From: an uncultured virus (IMG/VR IMGVR_UViG_3300021599_002397)
Lineage: Duplodnaviria > Heunggongvirae > Uroviricota > Caudoviricetes
Virus record (IMG/VR): IMGVR_UViG_3300021599_002397
Reading direction: 5' to 3' (one strand)
Length of the DNA stretch: 64,000 bases
The position numbers and the translations under genes are program-made. Shown piece after piece: positions 31,002 to 41,849 of this stretch (positions within the stretch are counted from its first letter, which is position 1; every line of letters begins with the position of its first letter). Under the pieces are notes generated by a model. The model was given only the letters and a program-made list of their open reading frames with translations. It was not told where the DNA came from and searched no databases.

Positions 31002-34000
31002 TTAATATTTTTTCAAATTAAAAGCTTTTTTTAATTCAGATGGCAATTCGGGGATAGGATACACAGGATCTGCAGAGCCTAAGAAAAATTTAAACAATCC
31101 TGAAACATCAGCTGCGCTTCTTAAGAATTCATCTATATAAACAACATAATAAGTGTTTCTTAAGCTCATTCTTCTCCAAGCAGGATGATCGTCGCTCATT
31201 ATTATAGGATTTAAAATGTTTAATAAGTTTCTTCCTAATAGTACAGCTAATGGCCAAGGTATTTTTGAAAGTAGTTCTGCAGAAGCAGAAACCTTAGGGA
31301 ATACTAATTTATCTCCCAGTGGAGTTTTAGGTAAACTTTTATAATATTCCCAGAATAAGCTATATACTATTCTAGCAGGAGGAGGAGCACCTAACCCTAT
31401 TAGAGCCTGCTCTATCATATCAGTTGGTCTAGCAGGGGGAAATACTGGAATGTTTAAAATATTTAAGAATGCTGGAACTTCAGGAGATTCTGGATTTACT
31501 AGATCTAATACTAAATTTTTAGACATCTTTTGAATATCCTCAGGATTAAGATTTAAAAATTTAGGTGAATCAACATCTTTTATTTCAGGCATAGCTGCTT
31601 CCAATGAACCATTATCTAGACTTTTTATTAGAGCCTCTATTAGAAACGATTTTATTTTAGATCCTGGTATAGTTACTTGTATAATTCCACCAAGGCCTGG
31701 GGTTTGTGTTAGTTGATCTTGCTTAAGTGGAAAAACCGTAGGCATTTCAAAAGCAGCAACAGCATTACCAAATCCTCCGTTAAGAGCACTTAAGCATGAA
31801 AGTGGTCCTTTAGGATACGGAAAATTAGAAATTAAAGGATCTTCCTCATCTAGTGGTCTAACTGGATCAAAAGGGCCTATTCTGCTAAGTCCAAGTTTTT
31901 TAGAAACCAATTTCTTTAAATCTTTTACTCTTATAACCAATATAGGATTTTCTCCTTCATATCTAACATATCTAGAAAAATCTTCTTTCCTATATTCTAT
32001 TGTAGAAAGACCCTCCATTATTCTAAATTTAATAGCCTCTATAATGGGATTTTTTTTTCTTAAAAATTTTAATGTTCTAGGCGCAGAATTCGTTATCTTT
32101 ATCTCTGGGAATTTAAAAATTCCTTCAAATTCACTACTTTCAACTATTGAAAATGCACCATCCCTTACTTTTTTAATAACAGAGAATCTATTACCCCATA
32201 AAATTATCTTGGTTATTATTAAAGACGCACCTCTTATCAGTTTAACAAGATCATTAAATTCGTCATCTGACATAAGTCTAGGATCCCTATCTCTTCTTAG
32301 GAATATCTTGCTTGAATTAGCAACTTCAAAATTTTCTAAGAAATATTTAGGTGGACAAACTATTTTCATAAGTTTAAGTACCTCTCTCATCTCATCTTTA
32401 AAGTTTATAAAGTTGGGGCAATCTATAGGAACTAAACTTGCTTTCATCTCCTTTAATATTCTAAGGGATCTTATTATACCAGGTATATCAATTTTTAATT
32501 TATCCTTATCCTTAGGAAAGTATATAGATTTAGGATCTGGTATACTTTTATCTAGATAGTTTTTTATTACAGTTTTTAATGATTCCTTTCTTTGATTTAC
32601 TAAAAGATCTAGCTGTTTTTTTTCTTCTGTTAAATCTGGCTTAGGAATATCAAGCAATGCGCTCTTGTTTTTATAATCCCTCTCTTTATCCCTTATTGAT
32701 TTTTTAAGTTCTCTTTCCTTTTGTTGTTGTTCTCTAATTTTCTGTATATCACCAGGAGGAGGAACACTATCAAATATTTTTGATAAATTACTCCTTATCC
32801 CTTCTAAAACCCTTTGTTTAGAATCCTGGTTATCTAATCCAAATCCAGGAAGCGGTATCAATTTATCAGGTATACCAAAAGATAGAGCTTGCTTAATTTT
32901 TTCAAAAGGATCTTTTATAACAGGATCAGATTTTCTAGGAATAAATCTGGGTCCTCTTAATCCGGTAAGGAAAAAAGAACTCCCCGTTAAAAACTCTTTT
33001 ATGTAGACAAGCGGGGTTGGCATAAACCCTCCTATAAAAGGAATGAATATAACCAGCAATCCCAAATTAAAAGGAAGGGGTATTAATATAGGAGGTACTA
33101 TAGTCCATATCATAGGAAGCGGTATCCTTATATAAGGATTTCCGTCTATAGGATTAGGAAAAGGTATAGGTATAAAAGATGGCGGAAGATATCCCACGGG
33201 CCAATATTTTAATCCCAATCTTACTGAAGGACCCTGGGATAAAAAGTATTTAGTATCTTCAATTGGAGGAAGACCGTTAGGGTATGGCAAAAGACCAACT
33301 TTTGTTACATCCTTACAAAATTGTTTCCACCAGCACCTTTGAAAAATGGTTGGACAATCAGAGCTAGGAGGAGATGATAATAAATAATTTTTTGTTTTAA
33401 AATCAGAACCAGGCTCGCCACAACAAATAGGGGGGCAATTCTCAGGATCATCCTCGTCTGGCTCATTATTTACTCCTGCACATTTAACATCAGAAAATCT
33501 TTTTTTAACATTCTCCGGGCTTACAGAATCGTTTATCTCACTAACCTTTTGTGAAGCAAGAAGCATAGTATCCCTTATCTGCTCGTACTTATTTTTTACA
33601 TCTAAATAATTTTCATATATTCTAATACCTATTACATCAGAAGCAGGTAGTGTTTTTGCTAATCCCTCTCCAGCCTTTATTGCTTTATCTCTTATATCTT
33701 TTATAGCAGGGTCTATATACTGCGATTTGCTTTGTCTATATTTTTCATCCCACTTAGGTTTAAAATTACTATAGAAATCTGTAAAAACTGGTGTTGGTTC
33801 TCCGTCTTGTGTGAAACTTGAAGGTCTGTTTTTTGAAGGATCTCTAGCATCATTATCTCCTCTTTCTTCTGCGGTAAAGAAAAGCCAATTAGAAGAAGAT
33901 TTTTCTATGAGTTGCCCGTATAATATTCCTCTATCCTCTACTATTTTATCTATTATAGATTGCTTAGAGTCATTTGTTTTAATTATTTTTTCTATAAAAT

Positions 34001-36092
34001 CATAGAACTTAGCAACATCAGGAAATCCTGTCTTTATATTGTTTATCTTTATATACTGATATGATGTTAAATAGTCAGCTTTAGTACCTCCCAATATTCC
34101 ACCATTGCCAGAATATTCATTTCCTATTTTTATTTTTTCAGCATCTGGTTCATCTACCTCTGATAAAGGCTCAGCAGATGATCCGGAGAAAGTAATCTTT
34201 CCCGGTTTTTTAACTTTTTTATAAGGTAAAGGAAAGCCGTAATCAGATACGAACGATAGCTCGAATTGTAATTCACTTAGTGACTTTACGAATTTAGTTT
34301 GGTATCTTATTGAGAATTTTTTTAATGCTTCTAAAAAATCGTACCCATAGGAATCGTATGTGTAAGAAAGACCGGTAGCTAGATTTTGTGCACTGCTTTT
34401 AAATACTCTTTCGTTTATATCTAGTGATGAATTTCCTTGACCATATAAATCAGTTGTTGCAGTATTGGTTGGAATAAAAGATTTTTCAACATCTCCTATG
34501 GTAACAGGAGCTTGCTTTCTTTCTTCCAGAGTAGAAATAGAGGCATTTAATAAATCCTCCGTTTCTTTTATTTTATTTTCTAATATTCCTATAAAATTCC
34601 TTTCTATAATTATTATTCTTATATCCTCTACATTTTCCTTAAATTTTATTATTCCTTCGGAAACTGGCCAAGATGCAGTGGAATCTTCGTAAGTTATAGG
34701 AGATTTGTTGGCATTTATTTGATTATTAAAAAGAATCTCTAAATCCGGATCGTTTAATTCTGTATCATAAACGTTCAATAAAAAAAGATCCTCTGTAAAT
34801 ATATTGTTGTTCTCTAAGAAGATCTTTTTGTCGTTACTATATTTAGTATTCTGATCGATTAATTCTTTCTTATACGCTTTTATTTCATCGTTATAAGTTA
34901 ATATTTCGATCCCTAAACCAAAATCGCTAGGATCACCACCATCATTTTTAGGAACTCTAGCAATCCAATTCTCATATAAAGATTTCTGATATTCGTATAT
35001 CCCCTCATAATGATATAAAATTTCCTCTAGACTTCTTTCTAAATTTTGCCATCTAGCTAATAATTTTATGTCCTCCTCAAGCTTTTTACTTTTATCTAGA
35101 GCTGATGATATACAAGAATCTATTGCATTAACATCTACCGGAGATGGTACTGGATCTGGTAAAGTTTCTCTATTGAATTCGTATGTTGGCGGATCACAAA
35201 ATTCGTCTAATATATCTTCGAACGAAGACTTAGTTAATATAGGATCTCCAGTTATAGGATCTTCTGGTACTCCGGGTAAACAATCATCATCTATAATTGG
35301 ATCATCACCATCAGGAAAAAAATTAGCATCAAATCCGTCTATCCTTTCAGAGCTTGAATTTTCAACTCCATCACAAGGATTAGTATTTGCATTCTGGTCT
35401 TTTAATAAACCGTTTATTTTTTCTAATGCTCCGTCTATGCTTAGATCGTCTCCTCCTATCTTTACATGGACTATTTGTGTTTTATTCATTATAAATTCTA
35501 GGGGTATATCAAAACCTAGAACTTTCATTTTTCTTTTCTTTCTTGAACCAGAGTTAGAAGGTTTTCCTAAGATTAGAGGATCTATATTATCAAATATTTT
35601 TTCATTTATTTTTTCTAATAAATCCTGGTTTTTTCCTTTCAGATATTTAGTTATTCCTGATGAAGGTATTTTTTTAGAAAAACCAAGATCCCTATTTCCT
35701 ACACTTACTCCTAGATCCTTTTCTGTTACGGATATATTTTTCTTATACTCATCAGAATTTACAAGCTCCTCGTATAATTTTTTATCCTCTTTTTTTATAG
35801 ATTCTAAAATGATTCTACTATATAAATCGTCTCCCTCATATTTACAAGATAGGTCCTCTATTTTTTTTAATGATATAGGAGGACCTTGAGGTTTTAAGCT
35901 ATCTATTATGTTATCTACTTCCTTTTGACTTTTTTCTAATTCCTTATTAAATCCCTCTTTAGATTGTAAATCCTCATAAGGTATATTAAAATCTTGTCCA
36001 CCTGATATTATATTTAATATCTCATCAGTAGACATTTGAGAAAAATCCTTTCCTAATAATTCATCTATTCTAGATCCTATTTCCTCTGCCAT
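31002..36092 (-). CDS. Large hypothetical protein (1696 aa) with Cys cluster and Pro-rich hydrophobic segment
   Basis: Long ORF starting 1 nt after the gp5-like gene. Confidence 0.7.
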   Translation of the reverse strand: MAEEIGSRIDELLGKDFSQMSTDEILNIISGGQDFNIPYEDLQSKEGFNKELEKSQKEVDNIIDSLKPQGPPISLKKIEDLSCKYEGDDLYSRIILESIKKEDKKLYEELVNSDEYKKNISVTEKDLGVSVGNRDLGFSKKIPSSGITKYLKGKNQDLLEKINEKIFDNIDPLILGKPSNSGSRKKRKMKVLGFDIPLEFIMNKTQIVHVKIGGDDLSIDGALEKINGLLKDQNANTNPCDGVENSSSERIDGFDANFFPDGDDPIIDDDCLPGVPEDPITGDPILTKSSFEDILDEFCDPPTYEFNRETLPDPVPSPVDVNAIDSCISSALDKSKKLEEDIKLLARWQNLERSLEEILYHYEGIYEYQKSLYENWIARVPKNDGGDPSDFGLGIEILTYNDEIKAYKKELIDQNTKYSNDKKIFLENNNIFTEDLFLLNVYDTELNDPDLEILFNNQINANKSPITYEDSTASWPVSEGIIKFKENVEDIRIIIIERNFIGILENKIKETEDLLNASISTLEERKQAPVTIGDVEKSFIPTNTATTDLYGQGNSSLDINERVFKSSAQNLATGLSYTYDSYGYDFLEALKKFSIRYQTKFVKSLSELQFELSFVSDYGFPLPYKKVKKPGKITFSGSSAEPLSEVDEPDAEKIKIGNEYSGNGGILGGTKADYLTSYQYIKINNIKTGFPDVAKFYDFIEKIIKTNDSKQSIIDKIVEDRGILYGQLIEKSSSNWLFFTAEERGDNDARDPSKNRPSSFTQDGEPTPVFTDFYSNFKPKWDEKYRQSKSQYIDPAIKDIRDKAIKAGEGLAKTLPASDVIGIRIYENYLDVKNKYEQIRDTMLLASQKVSEINDSVSPENVKKRFSDVKCAGVNNEPDEDDPENCPPICCGEPGSDFKTKNYLLSSPPSSDCPTIFQRCWWKQFCKDVTKVGLLPYPNGLPPIEDTKYFLSQGPSVRLGLKYWPVGYLPPSFIPIPFPNPIDGNPYIRIPLPMIWTIVPPILIPLPFNLGLLVIFIPFIGGFMPTPLVYIKEFLTGSSFFLTGLRGPRFIPRKSDPVIKDPFEKIKQALSFGIPDKLIPLPGFGLDNQDSKQRVLEGIRSNLSKIFDSVPPPGDIQKIREQQQKERELKKSIRDKERDYKNKSALLDIPKPDLTEEKKQLDLLVNQRKESLKTVIKNYLDKSIPDPKSIYFPKDKDKLKIDIPGIIRSLRILKEMKASLVPIDCPNFINFKDEMREVLKLMKIVCPPKYFLENFEVANSSKIFLRRDRDPRLMSDDEFNDLVKLIRGASLIITKIILWGNRFSVIKKVRDGAFSIVESSEFEGIFKFPEIKITNSAPRTLKFLRKKNPIIEAIKFRIMEGLSTIEYRKEDFSRYVRYEGENPILVIRVKDLKKLVSKKLGLSRIGPFDPVRPLDEEDPLISNFPYPKGPLSCLSALNGGFGNAVAAFEMPTVFPLKQDQLTQTPGLGGIIQVTIPGSKIKSFLIEALIKSLDNGSLEAAMPEIKDVDSPKFLNLNPEDIQKMSKNLVLDLVNPESPEVPAFLNILNIPVFPPARPTDMIEQALIGLGAPPPARIVYSLFWEYYKSLPKTPLGDKLVFPKVSASAELLSKIPWPLAVLLGRNLLNILNPIIMSDDHPAWRRMSLRNTYYVVYIDEFLRSAADVSGLFKFFLGSADPVYPIPELPSELKKAFNLKKY

Positions 36093-36093
36093 A

Positions 36094-37020
36094 CTAAACT
36101 CCTGTTATTCCTGTAGCTCCAGTAGGTCCTGTAGCAGATCCTGTTACACCTGCTCCTGTTACACCTGCTCCTGTCGGATTAGGTATACCTACCGGAGAAT
36201 CATTATTTATTGGAACAACAGGAAAATCAGGGGAATTTTCTCTTGTTACTCTAACAGTCTGACTTGTAGCAAGCTGTTCAAAGCTAGATGCTAAAGTTGA
36301 ATTAACCCCTGGGGTAGCTGGAAGTTTACTGTCTATAGATATTGCTAATTTTTTAAGAAAGTCCCAAAGAGGTTCTGCACATACAGCAGAGAACAAAGGA
36401 GAATGACCCAAGTTGGTTGTTTTTCCGTCCATCCAAACTTCTTCAGAACTATGTTTAATTCTTGTTATAGCAGTATTCTCTATTTCTTGATCCGCATACT
36501 TAGTTATCTTTCCGCCTTTTAATTCTATAGATGATGTGTCATCAGCATGAGTTATTAGTATAGAGTTATCATTTCTTATTATAATTTTAGATTCTTTTAA
36601 ATCTATTACAAGACCTTTCTCTACAGTATAATACATTTTAAGTCTCTCTATCCCATCATAAATAATAGAATGAGCTCCATCATAACTAGCACTTATCTCT
36701 TCAATTAAATCTGGAGCAAGTTCCTGTACAGCTTTGTATTCTGGACTATAATAATTACCATTATTAAATTGAACGTGAACTACCGATCCTAATTTAGGAA
36801 CAGACATTCTACCAGATCCTCCTCCTAATCCATAACTCTGTTCAAATCTTTGATGTGCCCAAGGAAGATCCTCGTCTAGTATATCTGGATCAAAAACCCC
36901 AAAGACTCTAATCTTAGCTCTACCTTTGAATTCTGGATCCTTGTTATCTACAACAACACCTAAATAATGAGAGATCTCAATATTAGGTCTTTCTAATTTA
37001 TTTCTGTCTACTAATCCCAT
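36094..37020 (-). CDS. Baseplate central spike, gp5/VgrG OB-fold protein
   Basis: YLGVVVDNKDPEFKGRAKIRVFG...LPWA...VPKLGSVVHVQFNNGN is the gp5 N-terminal OB signature; no lysozyme domain seen. Confidence 0.85.
   Translation of the reverse strand: MGLVDRNKLERPNIEISHYLGVVVDNKDPEFKGRAKIRVFGVFDPDILDEDLPWAHQRFEQSYGLGGGSGRMSVPKLGSVVHVQFNNGNYYSPEYKAVQELAPDLIEEISASYDGAHSIIYDGIERLKMYYTVEKGLVIDLKESKIIIRNDNSILITHADDTSSIELKGGKITKYADQEIENTAITRIKHSSEEVWMDGKTTNLGHSPLFSAVCAEPLWDFLKKLAISIDSKLPATPGVNSTLASSFEQLATSQTVRVTRENSPDFPVVPINNDSPVGIPNPTGAGVTGAGVTGSATGPTGATGITGV
36139..36174. repeat. 15-bp tandem repeat encoding (TGAGV)n in the spike C-terminus
   Basis: tcctgttacacctgc x2 plus a partial third copy. Confidence 0.85.
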
Positions 37021-37042
37021 TTTTAATTATATAAGGATTACC

Positions 37043-39598
37043 TTAATTGTTTTCATTATTAGCCGAAGGATAAATTCTACCTATTCTAGAAACATTAACT
37101 GGCGAGTTTTCTGTTTTATATTCGTCGCTATTTAAAGAATTGTAATTTCTCCCAGGAGCTCCTAGATCTCTACCAGGTACAGTTTTATAAACATCCTCAT
37201 TTAATCCCTCTTTAAAAGAGCCAGAATCTTTGTATTCATCATCATTTATCTGTCCGTAAACAGCCTTATTCTTATCATATACTTCGCCTAAAGGCGCACT
37301 TTCTAGATTAATCCTATCCTCGTACACCTTCTCGTTTATTTGTGAGTATTCATTTTTATCCTCTTCGTAAACATCACCTATATTATTGACTTCAGTAGAA
37401 GATGGTATCTCATATTGATTTTCAGTAACTTCCGGATATTGATTATCTTCTCCTGAATAAACATCGCCTATATTCTGTGTATCCGGCTGTGGTGGAGTTG
37501 TATAAACATCATCAGATATTGTTGGATATTCTGGATTATTTTCAGGATAAACGTCATCGTTAAGTTCAGGATAAACCCTATCAGGAACACCCAAGCTTGA
37601 TCCTGGATTAGTTGTGTATTCATCTCCTCCTGGTTCTGGATATTGTCGGTCGGGTAATCCTAGTGATGTCCCAGGATTAGTAGGATATACATCTCCTTTA
37701 ATTAAAGGATAAACCCTTCCAGGAACACCTAGATCAGATCCTGGTACATTCTTATATTCGTCACCTCCAGGCTTAGGATATTCCCTATCAGGAAGTCCTA
37801 AAGAAGTTCCAGGATTTGTTGGATAAACATCCTCGTCTAATCCTGGAGGGGTAGCGCTAGATCCATTATATGCAGTACCTAAGTTTTGTATGACAGTTAC
37901 ACTACCTTTATATTCATTTATATCTTCTGTTATGTTTCTATAAAGTCCCTTCTCTTCCCTTTCAATAGGACCTCCTAGTCCTCTAGCTTGTGGACTATTA
38001 TCAGCAAAAGGGTTTGGTATTCCGTTTTCACTAAAATTTTGTATATTACTTACTACCGAATACGCACTCCTTAATGCAGAAGCTGGGCTAATTCCACCGA
38101 ATCCATAAATATTTCCAAGTAAAGCTCCTTGTAATGAAGTAGCACTTAGATTAACACCATTTATAGTAACACCCTGTTCTTTAAGATCTGCAACACTATT
38201 AGTTATAAAATTAGATGCAAGTTGTGTAAAATATTCCTTAGGATCCGCTTTGTCGTCAAATGTTGCCTTTTCTATACCAGCTGATCCAGCATAATCATAA
38301 TCATCATAAGGACTTTTTCTTGATCCCCAGACATCCGAAAGAACCATATTCTTTACATTGTCATCCTTTTGCATTACATCAGCTAAAGCATTAAATTGAA
38401 TTTTATAATCTTTAACCCTACCTACGTGAATTTTAAATTTACTGTTAACTGCCGATCCTCCTTTATTATCTAGGGTACCATAAGACGGATAAGAATCATC
38501 AAAATCAAATTCACATTGATCAAATTGATAAATGAAAGCGTATGGTCCTAATGTATATGATCCAAATTTATCTGATGGATATAAATTAGAATCTTTTGAA
38601 GTACTTTTTTGTAAAAGTCCCTCCGTATTATTTAAAAGACCAGTTTGTGAATTGAAACTATCTAAAAAATTAGCCCCTTGCGCTACAGACGGAATAGAGA
38701 AAGGATTTAATATATCATTAATTCCATAAGATAGCTGTATATTTCTTATCTCAGATACTACAAGCCACATTCTAAACTTCCTTAAATTTTCAGGTAGCAT
38801 TACTCTATGGTAAGTATAATCATATATAGCTTTCCTATAAAGTTCTGAAAGAGAAAACATTCTCATGTCTATGGACTCTAAGCAATCTATTGTTAAAGTC
38901 CCCATTCTATAAGGCTTTCCTGCCTCCTTATGTAAATTTTTTATATCTATTTTAAGTAGAGTATCTAATCCGGTTACAGATTGAAAATAATATGGACATT
39001 TCTCGTTAACAAACTTTAGGCCTTTTTTAAATGCTTTTAGCATTTGTTTTCTTTTTACAGATCTCTGACCAAGAAATTCTTGAGCCCCCATATAACCTAC
39101 TCCTCCTCCGTTCATATTAAAAGCTCCTTGCTCTGCCCTACTTTTTATAAAAAATTTACTACCATAAAAGAAATCTGTACCTGTATAAAAATTACCCCTA
39201 TTAGCAGCATCTATCATTAATAAAGATTGCTGGTATGCAGGATCCGTTATAATATTATAAGATTTTTCCTTGTCTCCTGGTTTCTCTCCTCTTATTCTTC
39301 CAGCTATATCAGTTATTTCTTGATTGTTTGATCCCCCCGGTTCGTCCTGAGCATTTCTAAAAAGAGGAGAAGGTGCTAAAAAAGTTTCCTCATCCAAAAA
39401 TGATGTTTCACCAAAGTCGAATATAAATCTAAAATGAAGATATGTTGGATCTTCTTTTTTACCGTGCTTAGTAGTTGATATACCCTTTAACCAAGTTTCT
39501 CTCTGCGCGTCTATTTTTCTTTTTAAGGCATCACCATCAGGAAGAACTTGGTTACCTAATGCTCCTCCAAAACTATCGCCACTAAAATAATCTGCCAT
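37043..39598 (-). CDS. Putative tail-tube/baseplate junction protein with C-terminal Pro/Tyr/Asp repeats
   Basis: Between hub-like and spike genes; central LTIDCLESIDMRM...LRKFRMWL region reminiscent of tube-fold proteins. Confidence 0.45.
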   Translation of the reverse strand: MADYFSGDSFGGALGNQVLPDGDALKRKIDAQRETWLKGISTTKHGKKEDPTYLHFRFIFDFGETSFLDEETFLAPSPLFRNAQDEPGGSNNQEITDIAGRIRGEKPGDKEKSYNIITDPAYQQSLLMIDAANRGNFYTGTDFFYGSKFFIKSRAEQGAFNMNGGGVGYMGAQEFLGQRSVKRKQMLKAFKKGLKFVNEKCPYYFQSVTGLDTLLKIDIKNLHKEAGKPYRMGTLTIDCLESIDMRMFSLSELYRKAIYDYTYHRVMLPENLRKFRMWLVVSEIRNIQLSYGINDILNPFSIPSVAQGANFLDSFNSQTGLLNNTEGLLQKSTSKDSNLYPSDKFGSYTLGPYAFIYQFDQCEFDFDDSYPSYGTLDNKGGSAVNSKFKIHVGRVKDYKIQFNALADVMQKDDNVKNMVLSDVWGSRKSPYDDYDYAGSAGIEKATFDDKADPKEYFTQLASNFITNSVADLKEQGVTINGVNLSATSLQGALLGNIYGFGGISPASALRSAYSVVSNIQNFSENGIPNPFADNSPQARGLGGPIEREEKGLYRNITEDINEYKGSVTVIQNLGTAYNGSSATPPGLDEDVYPTNPGTSLGLPDREYPKPGGDEYKNVPGSDLGVPGRVYPLIKGDVYPTNPGTSLGLPDRQYPEPGGDEYTTNPGSSLGVPDRVYPELNDDVYPENNPEYPTISDDVYTTPPQPDTQNIGDVYSGEDNQYPEVTENQYEIPSSTEVNNIGDVYEEDKNEYSQINEKVYEDRINLESAPLGEVYDKNKAVYGQINDDEYKDSGSFKEGLNEDVYKTVPGRDLGAPGRNYNSLNSDEYKTENSPVNVSRIGRIYPSANNENN
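37100..37840 (-). repeat. About 23-aa protein repeats DxYxxxPGxxLGxPxRxYP followed by shorter DVY/EY repeats
   Basis: DVYPTNPGTSLGLPDREYP, DEYKNVPGSDLGVPGRVYP, DVYPTNPGTSLGLPDRQYP, DEYTTNPGSSLGVPDRVYP, DVYKTVPGRDLGAPGRNY. Confidence 0.9.
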
Positions 39599-39607
39599 TT
39601 TGTTTAA

Positions 39608-41224
39608 TTATTTACTATAGATATCATTTTTAATTATCTGGGTATTTTCTTGAACTATACTAGACACATTATCAACGAAATCATCAAATTCTGCCTCAAA
39701 TTCTTTTGTATTTAATGATAATGGTTCTGAAGCTAATCCTGGGTTTAATGCCCATTGTTTTTTACCAAGCATCATAGTTTGATATATTCCACTCTCATCA
39801 TATTCTATTGTAAATCCTAAAACAACATAATTACCCGAGAGAAACATATTTATATTTCTTTTCTCGCCTTTATTACCAAGCATAGATTGCTCTCCTACTT
39901 TAGTGCTATAACTGGTGGATGCTCCAATACTAGGAGCACCTTCTGTTACAATATATACAGGAAAAGTTTGTCCTCTGTATAGAAATGGTGTCCATGCCCT
40001 ATTTTTTACGTTCAATACTATTTTATAACTATCATTTCTGTTTAGTATATTCTGAACAGAAGCTTGTTGAAAATTACCATGTACATTCTCAAAATACATA
40101 GTACCAACATAAGTCTTTTTTATCTCCTCTTTGTAAGAATTTTCACCAAGTCTACCTTTGTTTATTACGTCTCTAGAACCTAAATTTTTATTAGTAATAG
40201 ATTCTATATCATATTCAACAAATTTGTTTTTAGGCTTATCTGAAACAAGTTTAGAATCGTAGAACTGGACCTTTTGAAAATATCCAAGATCTTTATTTAT
40301 ACTACCAGCATTTTGCTCTATTGATATATCTTTTATAAAAAGAGGGGATTTACTAAACTGAGTTGAGTTTGTTAGCATTAAAGGGAATTCAACCTCAACT
40401 GGTTTTGTTCCCCCAGGAAAAATGTCACCAAATGAATCTGATCCATAAGCAACCCTCATATTCTCTATTTTGGGATTGTTTTCGTCGAATTGTTTTTTTA
40501 AATTAACTAGATTTATGTTATAATATTGATCTATCCAACAATCAAAATAATCTTCTTCACCAAGCCAAGAGCTATTTACTATGTGTCTTATTAATGTTTC
40601 ATAATCAAGATTGGGAGAAACCCAATTCATTGAATCATTCATTTTTACCTCATTAGAAGCATATCCTAATCCAAGGTCCTCAGCAACTTTTAATAAAGCG
40701 TCCGCGCTGCTTCCTTTGAATGTTTTAGAAACATGTTTATATAATTTAGGAATTCTAACCTCTGCCATTATAGTGTATGATTGATACTTACCACTAGATG
40801 GTGTGTAATCGATATAAGGTCCATTATTAAAAGGTGATATCACCTCATTTATTATAAAATCCATCCTAATTGGTTTAAACATTTCACCAAATGGTCTTAT
40901 ATAAACGGAAACTATATCTCCGTCTTTAGGAAAAGAAGTGAAAATAAACTTCTCATCTATTGTTTCAAATCTAAGTATAAGTGTTGGTTTAAATCCTGTT
41001 AGATCTAATTTAAAATATTTTATTCCATTTATTATCTCGGTGTTTATTCTTACTAAAGGTTTAACAGTACCAAAATATTTTTTCTGGACATTATCTGCCT
41101 TCTGGTCATTTAGTTCTAGATCACCTTTTTGTGTAGAAGTATCGACCACAGCTAATTCATCCAAAAATATATTAGGGTCCCTATATTGAAGTATGGCTTT
41201 CCTTACGTTTATTTCTGCTGGCAT
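39608..41224 (-). CDS. Baseplate hub protein (gp27/gpD-like)
   Basis: TFKGSSADALLKVAEDLGL and FLSGNYVVLGFTIEY motifs; position between LysM/gp53-like and gp5-like genes. Confidence 0.6.
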   Translation of the reverse strand: MPAEINVRKAILQYRDPNIFLDELAVVDTSTQKGDLELNDQKADNVQKKYFGTVKPLVRINTEIINGIKYFKLDLTGFKPTLILRFETIDEKFIFTSFPKDGDIVSVYIRPFGEMFKPIRMDFIINEVISPFNNGPYIDYTPSSGKYQSYTIMAEVRIPKLYKHVSKTFKGSSADALLKVAEDLGLGYASNEVKMNDSMNWVSPNLDYETLIRHIVNSSWLGEEDYFDCWIDQYYNINLVNLKKQFDENNPKIENMRVAYGSDSFGDIFPGGTKPVEVEFPLMLTNSTQFSKSPLFIKDISIEQNAGSINKDLGYFQKVQFYDSKLVSDKPKNKFVEYDIESITNKNLGSRDVINKGRLGENSYKEEIKKTYVGTMYFENVHGNFQQASVQNILNRNDSYKIVLNVKNRAWTPFLYRGQTFPVYIVTEGAPSIGASTSYSTKVGEQSMLGNKGEKRNINMFLSGNYVVLGFTIEYDESGIYQTMMLGKKQWALNPGLASEPLSLNTKEFEAEFDDFVDNVSSIVQENTQIIKNDIYSK

Positions 41225-41229
41225 TTATC

Positions 41230-41835
41230 TTATCTTTTAAAAATATTTTTCTGTGCAAGTTTAGTTTTTATATCAGTAACAGATACATTCTTTTTTGATC
41301 TAGATTTACATTGCCCTATGTCAGGACCAAATATTAATTTCCCCTCAGTTACTAATATTTGTTGTTGTCCTTCTCTTAGAAGATTAGGAGGGAGAGGTGT
41401 TTCTGCAAGATTTGATATGTTTTTAGAATTTAAATATTCGAGTCTATCCTTGCTTACTTGTGAGATCTTTTCCTGAAGTTCTTTTCTAAAAGATCTGGCT
41501 TTTTGCTTTTGGTTTGTTATACTCTTACCACTATCAAATAGATCATTAATCATTTGTTCCCCTGGTATAAAGAGTATCTCTCCTAATTTAAGACTTAATG
41601 GATTAGATATATTATTCAATTTAAGCATAGTTCCCATACTAGATTGATCATAAAGATATAGCATAGATAATAAGTCAGCTCTAGCCTCAGTCTCTTCGTC
41701 TACAACTGCTATAGATTTTAGGGTATATCGTATATTTTTAGGAGACCAAGATGGAACTAAAAGATCTACAGATCTCTCCTGTGTATTAGGATTAGTAAAA
41801 AATGGTTTGCGTTCTATTACATCTATTCCTAACAT
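41230..41835 (-). CDS. Baseplate wedge gp53/LysM-like protein
   Basis: RADLLSMLYL...MLKLNNISNPLSLKLGEILFIP LysM-like signature. Confidence 0.75.
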   Translation of the reverse strand: MLGIDVIERKPFFTNPNTQERSVDLLVPSWSPKNIRYTLKSIAVVDEETEARADLLSMLYLYDQSSMGTMLKLNNISNPLSLKLGEILFIPGEQMINDLFDSGKSITNQKQKARSFRKELQEKISQVSKDRLEYLNSKNISNLAETPLPPNLLREGQQQILVTEGKLIFGPDIGQCKSRSKKNVSVTDIKTKLAQKNIFKR

Positions 41836-41849
41836 ATCTTATTTTTATT

